Assembly (NCBI GenBank): GCA_044229975.1
Contig: JBGARZ010000006.1
Span: 347,525-411,524 of the forward strand
Direction of reading: 5' to 3'
Source: Polyangiales bacterium
GTDB taxonomy: Bacteria > Myxococcota_A > Polyangia > Polyangiales > Ga0077539
DNA length: 64,000 nt
The notes below the pieces were generated by a model. The model had not been told where the DNA came from. It did not search any database and was given only the letters and a program-made list of their open reading frames with translations. The position numbers and the translations under genes are program-made. Shown here in pieces: positions 61,185 to 64,000 of this stretch (its first letter is position 1; every line of letters starts with the position of its first letter).

Positions 61185-62648
61185 TCACCCGTCGACGCAG
61201 CGGATCTCGGTGGTCTCGAAGGCGCGGGTCTTGAGCAGGCCGCGGCCGAGGAGGAGCCGCGCGCACTCCTGCACGCCTTCGGTGATGGCGGGATGGGGAT
61301 GCACGCAGTAGTCGATGTCTTCGAGCGCGGCGCCCTGGTCGATGAGGAAGGCGACGCCCTGGATGCAGCTCGACGCCTCGGGGCCGACGACGCGCAGGCC
61401 GAGCACCTTGTGCGGCGGGTCGCGCGAGGCGAGCAGCTTCACGAAGCCGTCGACGCGGCGCATGGCGACGTAGCGGCTGATGAGCCGACCCGAGAGCACG
61501 GCGCAACGGTAGGGGATGCCCTGCTTGCGGCACTGCTGTTCGTTGAGCCCCACCGAGGCGACCTCGGGCTCAAGAAACATGATTGCTGACAGCGCTTCGT
61601 AGTGGATGTCGCGCGGTGTCTTTCCGCACGCGAGCTCGGCGGCGTGGCGGCCTTCGAGCTCGCCGACGTTGACGAGGGCGACGTCCATGGTGACGTCGCC
61701 GACGGCGTAGATGTGCGGGACGGAGGTGACGGTCCCGCTGACCTCGACGCTGCCGTTGGGGAGCAGCTTGACGCCCGCGAGGTCGAGTCCGAGGCCGTCG
61801 GTGTTGGGGACGCGGCCGATGCTGACGAGGGCGCGCTCGACGCGGATGGTCTCGCGTCCGCGGGGCGAATCGATGACGTACTCGACGTGGTCGCCGACCG
61901 GAGTGAGCGAGACGAGCTTCGACTCGCGGTGGATGACGATGCCCATGCGCTCGAAGTTGCGCGCGACGCACTCGGCGACGTCCTCGTCCTCGAAGGGCAG
62001 GATGCGGGGCTGGCGGTCGATGATGTGGATCTTCGTCTTGCCGAAGTGCGCGAACATGGTCGCGTACTCGCAGCCGACGACGCCGGCGCCGACGATGACG
62101 ACGCTCTCGGGGAAGCGTTCCCAGCGCTCGATGTGGTCGCTGGTGACGACGCGAACGCCGTCGATGGTGACGCCGTCGAGCTGCCGCGGTCGCGACCCCG
62201 TCGCGAGGACGAAGTGGGAGGAGTGTTGGAGGGAGACGGTTCCGTCGGGGGCGGTGACCTCGATGGTGTGCGCGTCGACGAAGCGGGCGGCGCCGCGGAG
62301 CAGCGTGACGGAGCCGCCTTCGGGCGAGGGGACGGCGAGGCGGGCGAGCTGTTGTTCGAGGAGGGCGCGGCGCTCGTCGACGGCGCAGCGGACGGTGGCC
62401 ATGACGTCGGCGTAGTCGACGCGGAGGTTGTCGGCGCGGTAGCCGCGGTCGGTGCGCGCGGCCGTGGCGTAGTCGTTGGACAGGTGCCACAGGGTCTTGG
62501 AGGAGAGGGCGCCGTCGTGGATGCCGGTTCCGCCGACGCGGCCGCGCTCGACGAGGAGCACGCGGCGGCCGAGGTCGTAGGCGCGCATCGCGGCGGCGAA
62601 CCCAGCGGGCCCGGCGCCGAGGACACAGAAGTCGTAGGTGGCATCCAT
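61185..62648 (-). CDS. pyridine-nucleotide-disulfide oxidoreductase family flavoprotein (dihydrolipoamide dehydrogenase-like, redox Cys pair absent)
   Basis: Start at MDATYDFCVLGAGPAGFAAA (FAD GxGxxG), a second Rossmann VVIVGAGVVGCEYA, and the C-terminal dimerisation HPHPAITEG. The active-site position reads GGTGIHDGALSSK instead of GGTCxxxGCxPSK. Confidence 0.85.
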   Translation of the reverse strand: MDATYDFCVLGAGPAGFAAAMRAYDLGRRVLLVERGRVGGTGIHDGALSSKTLWHLSNDYATAARTDRGYRADNLRVDYADVMATVRCAVDERRALLEQQLARLAVPSPEGGSVTLLRGAARFVDAHTIEVTAPDGTVSLQHSSHFVLATGSRPRQLDGVTIDGVRVVTSDHIERWERFPESVVIVGAGVVGCEYATMFAHFGKTKIHIIDRQPRILPFEDEDVAECVARNFERMGIVIHRESKLVSLTPVGDHVEYVIDSPRGRETIRVERALVSIGRVPNTDGLGLDLAGVKLLPNGSVEVSGTVTSVPHIYAVGDVTMDVALVNVGELEGRHAAELACGKTPRDIHYEALSAIMFLEPEVASVGLNEQQCRKQGIPYRCAVLSGRLISRYVAMRRVDGFVKLLASRDPPHKVLGLRVVGPEASSCIQGVAFLIDQGAALEDIDYCVHPHPAITEGVQECARLLLGRGLLKTRAFETTEIRCVDG

Positions 62649-62718
62649 CGATCGCGAGCGTACCGGAGGAACGGCGACGGGCGGGAACTCTCCGCCGTCC
62701 CCGCTGTCACTCCATCCC

Positions 62719-63681
62719 ATGTCTACCGAGCAGCCCGCACGCGACGTCCTCCTCACCGCCCGCGGGCCCAATGCCTCCGTGCTCGCCTTCGCCGTGACCG
62801 CCCTCGTGGTGGGCGCACTGGTTCATGTGTGGACGATCTGGTTCAGCACAGACCAGCAACTACTCGTGAGTGCCGCCACCTTCGCGACCGCGTGTGGAGC
62901 CATCGTCGCCGTCGCCGCCCGCATCCGACACCGTGTCGGCGCTCTCCTCGCGCTAATGTCCGGCTGCGTTGCGTTGATCGCGGTCACCGCTTCGGAGTGG
63001 ACCTGTGCCGCTGTGACCTATGCGCTGGGCGGCTACTGCTTCCAACGGGCGGGATACTGGGTCCTGGCCGAGCACCACTGGGTCTGGTTTCCCATCGCGG
63101 TGTCCTCGCTCGCCGCGACCCTGACGCCCGTGCTGCTCGTCGCCCAGAGCGCGCGTCGCAAGCCCACGATCGACGCGCGCGCTCGGGTCGCCTTCGGCCT
63201 CGGCGCGTGCCTGGTCGTCGCGGCCGCGGTCGGTGCGCTGCTCTCCGTCGCGAGTCTCGCGTCGCTGTTGGCGCTGACCATCGTCGGTGCGCTGATGCTC
63301 GGGGCCTCGCTCCTCGATGCGAGGCGTCGCGCCCACGCGCTCTCGGGCCTCGCCGACGACCGCGAGTCGTACGTGACGCCCGCGCAAGAAGACGACCCCG
63401 TCGACCTGCCGTCGTTGGCGATCTTCCCCTCGCGGCTATCTCTCGGCGTCGTCCGTGTGGACGAGCCCGTTCGTCGAGATGCCTATCGTGCGCCCCGCCT
63501 GAGCGTCGCCGTCGCGCGCTGCCCTGTCGACGTCCGCGCAGCAGCGCAGTGCCTCAACCGGCAGGTGCGCGTCCGATGGGCGTGGCTCGTGGCCTCGCTG
63601 CTCGTGGCCGTGTTCATCGATCAGGCCGATCGGACCATGCGGAGTCGAGAAGTCGCGCCGATCATCATCGAACTGCATTGA
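62719..63681 (+). CDS. integral membrane protein, function unknown
   Basis: Start at MSTEQPARD. About 6 hydrophobic helices, then a soluble tail. Confidence 0.5.
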   Translation: MSTEQPARDVLLTARGPNASVLAFAVTALVVGALVHVWTIWFSTDQQLLVSAATFATACGAIVAVAARIRHRVGALLALMSGCVALIAVTASEWTCAAVTYALGGYCFQRAGYWVLAEHHWVWFPIAVSSLAATLTPVLLVAQSARRKPTIDARARVAFGLGACLVVAAAVGALLSVASLASLLALTIVGALMLGASLLDARRRAHALSGLADDRESYVTPAQEDDPVDLPSLAIFPSRLSLGVVRVDEPVRRDAYRAPRLSVAVARCPVDVRAAAQCLNRQVRVRWAWLVASLLVAVFIDQADRTMRSREVAPIIIELH

Positions 63682-63754
63682 GACCATGACGGCGTTGCCC
63701 GTTGGGCCGGGGTTTGGCGTTCGCCTGCACCCCGGCCCATCGGGTCACACGAGA

Positions 63755-64000
63755 TCAGAGCCCCTGGGCGAACGCTTCGAGCTGCGTGATGCAGGTGTTC
63801 CACCCTTCGTGGAAGCCCATCTCCTCGTGCTTCTTCCGGTCGGCCTCGTCGCGGTGCAGCACGCGCACGTCGTAGCGGGTGCCGGCGCCCTCATCCTTCA
63901 ACGAGAAGAACGCCGTCATCCCAAGCCACGGCGTCGCCGGGCACCAGCCGCCGGTGAGCATCGACGTGAACACGATGCGCTCCTGCTCGACGACCTCGAT
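63755..64000 (-). CDS. SRPBCC/AHSA1-like protein, 5'-truncated by the window edge
   Basis: The frame stays open to base 64000 (IEVVEQERIVFTSMLTGGW...). The C-terminus RYDVRVLHRDEADRKKHEEMGFHEGWNTCITQLEAFA is typical of Aha1-domain SRPBCC proteins. Confidence 0.7.
   Translation of the reverse strand: MEVVEQERIVFTSMLTGGWCPATPWLGMTAFFSLKDEGAGTRYDVRVLHRDEADRKKHEEMGFHEGWNTCITQLEAFAQGL

Noticed and set aside
1-64000. tRNA, rRNA, transposase or IS elements, prophage genes, reverse transcriptases, cas genes
   Set aside because: None was recognised by eye in any frame or intergenic region. tRNAs and small RNAs cannot be rigorously excluded without tRNAscan-SE or Infernal.

Overview
This is a high-GC chromosomal segment. 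Single 60-nt lines hand-counted in the flanks give about 73% GC. The gene content looks like Myxococcota: a MYXO-CTERM sorting tag, many lipobox lipoproteins, Hanks Ser/Thr kinases with PEGA domains, and Cys-rich repeat proteins.

Most of the window is ordinary. Housekeeping genes are holA, bioF-bioD, uppS-cdsA, gcvT, a thiD-like gene, mntP, a phnC/phnD-E transporter and a class-III aminotransferase. These are interleaved with lineage-specific secreted and membrane proteins. Many long ORFs in the six-frame track are antisense or off-frame shadows of the real genes, as expected at this GC content, and were not called.

The stand-out region is 16.77-21.69 kb. Five 86-92 bp imperfect-palindrome repeats carry RYYYAAC...GTTRRRY cores, conserved arms and variable centres. 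They separate five compact minus-strand gene cassettes, which is the architecture of an integron cassette array. No integrase is present in the window, so it resembles a CALIN (cluster of attC sites lacking an integrase). The array ends at an attI-like junction next to a ~41-bp tandem repeat. In order from that junction, the cassettes encode:
- a DUF262 (ParB-like) protein fused to a Schlafen/AlbA_2-like domain
- a stand-alone Thr1 proteasome/HslV-like Ntn-hydrolase candidate
- two orphan proteins
- a ParE/RelE toxin-antitoxin pair

The two junction-proximal cassettes are visibly AT-richer (hand-counted lines 50-58% GC). I consider this array, and especially the first two cassettes as candidate single-gene defence modules, the most likely novel system.

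Secondary curiosities:
- a FAM20/Golgi-kinase-like lipoprotein
- a fibrinogen-like YCDxxxxGGGW protein with tandem Cys-rich repeats
- a 12-Cys small ORF whose Shine-Dalgarno (SD)-preceded ATG is out of frame
- a PhnD-PhnE fusion
- a pseudokinase fused to a polytopic membrane domain
- a Cys-less dihydrolipoamide-dehydrogenase-like flavoprotein

All family assignments come from motif recognition by eye. No searches were run.
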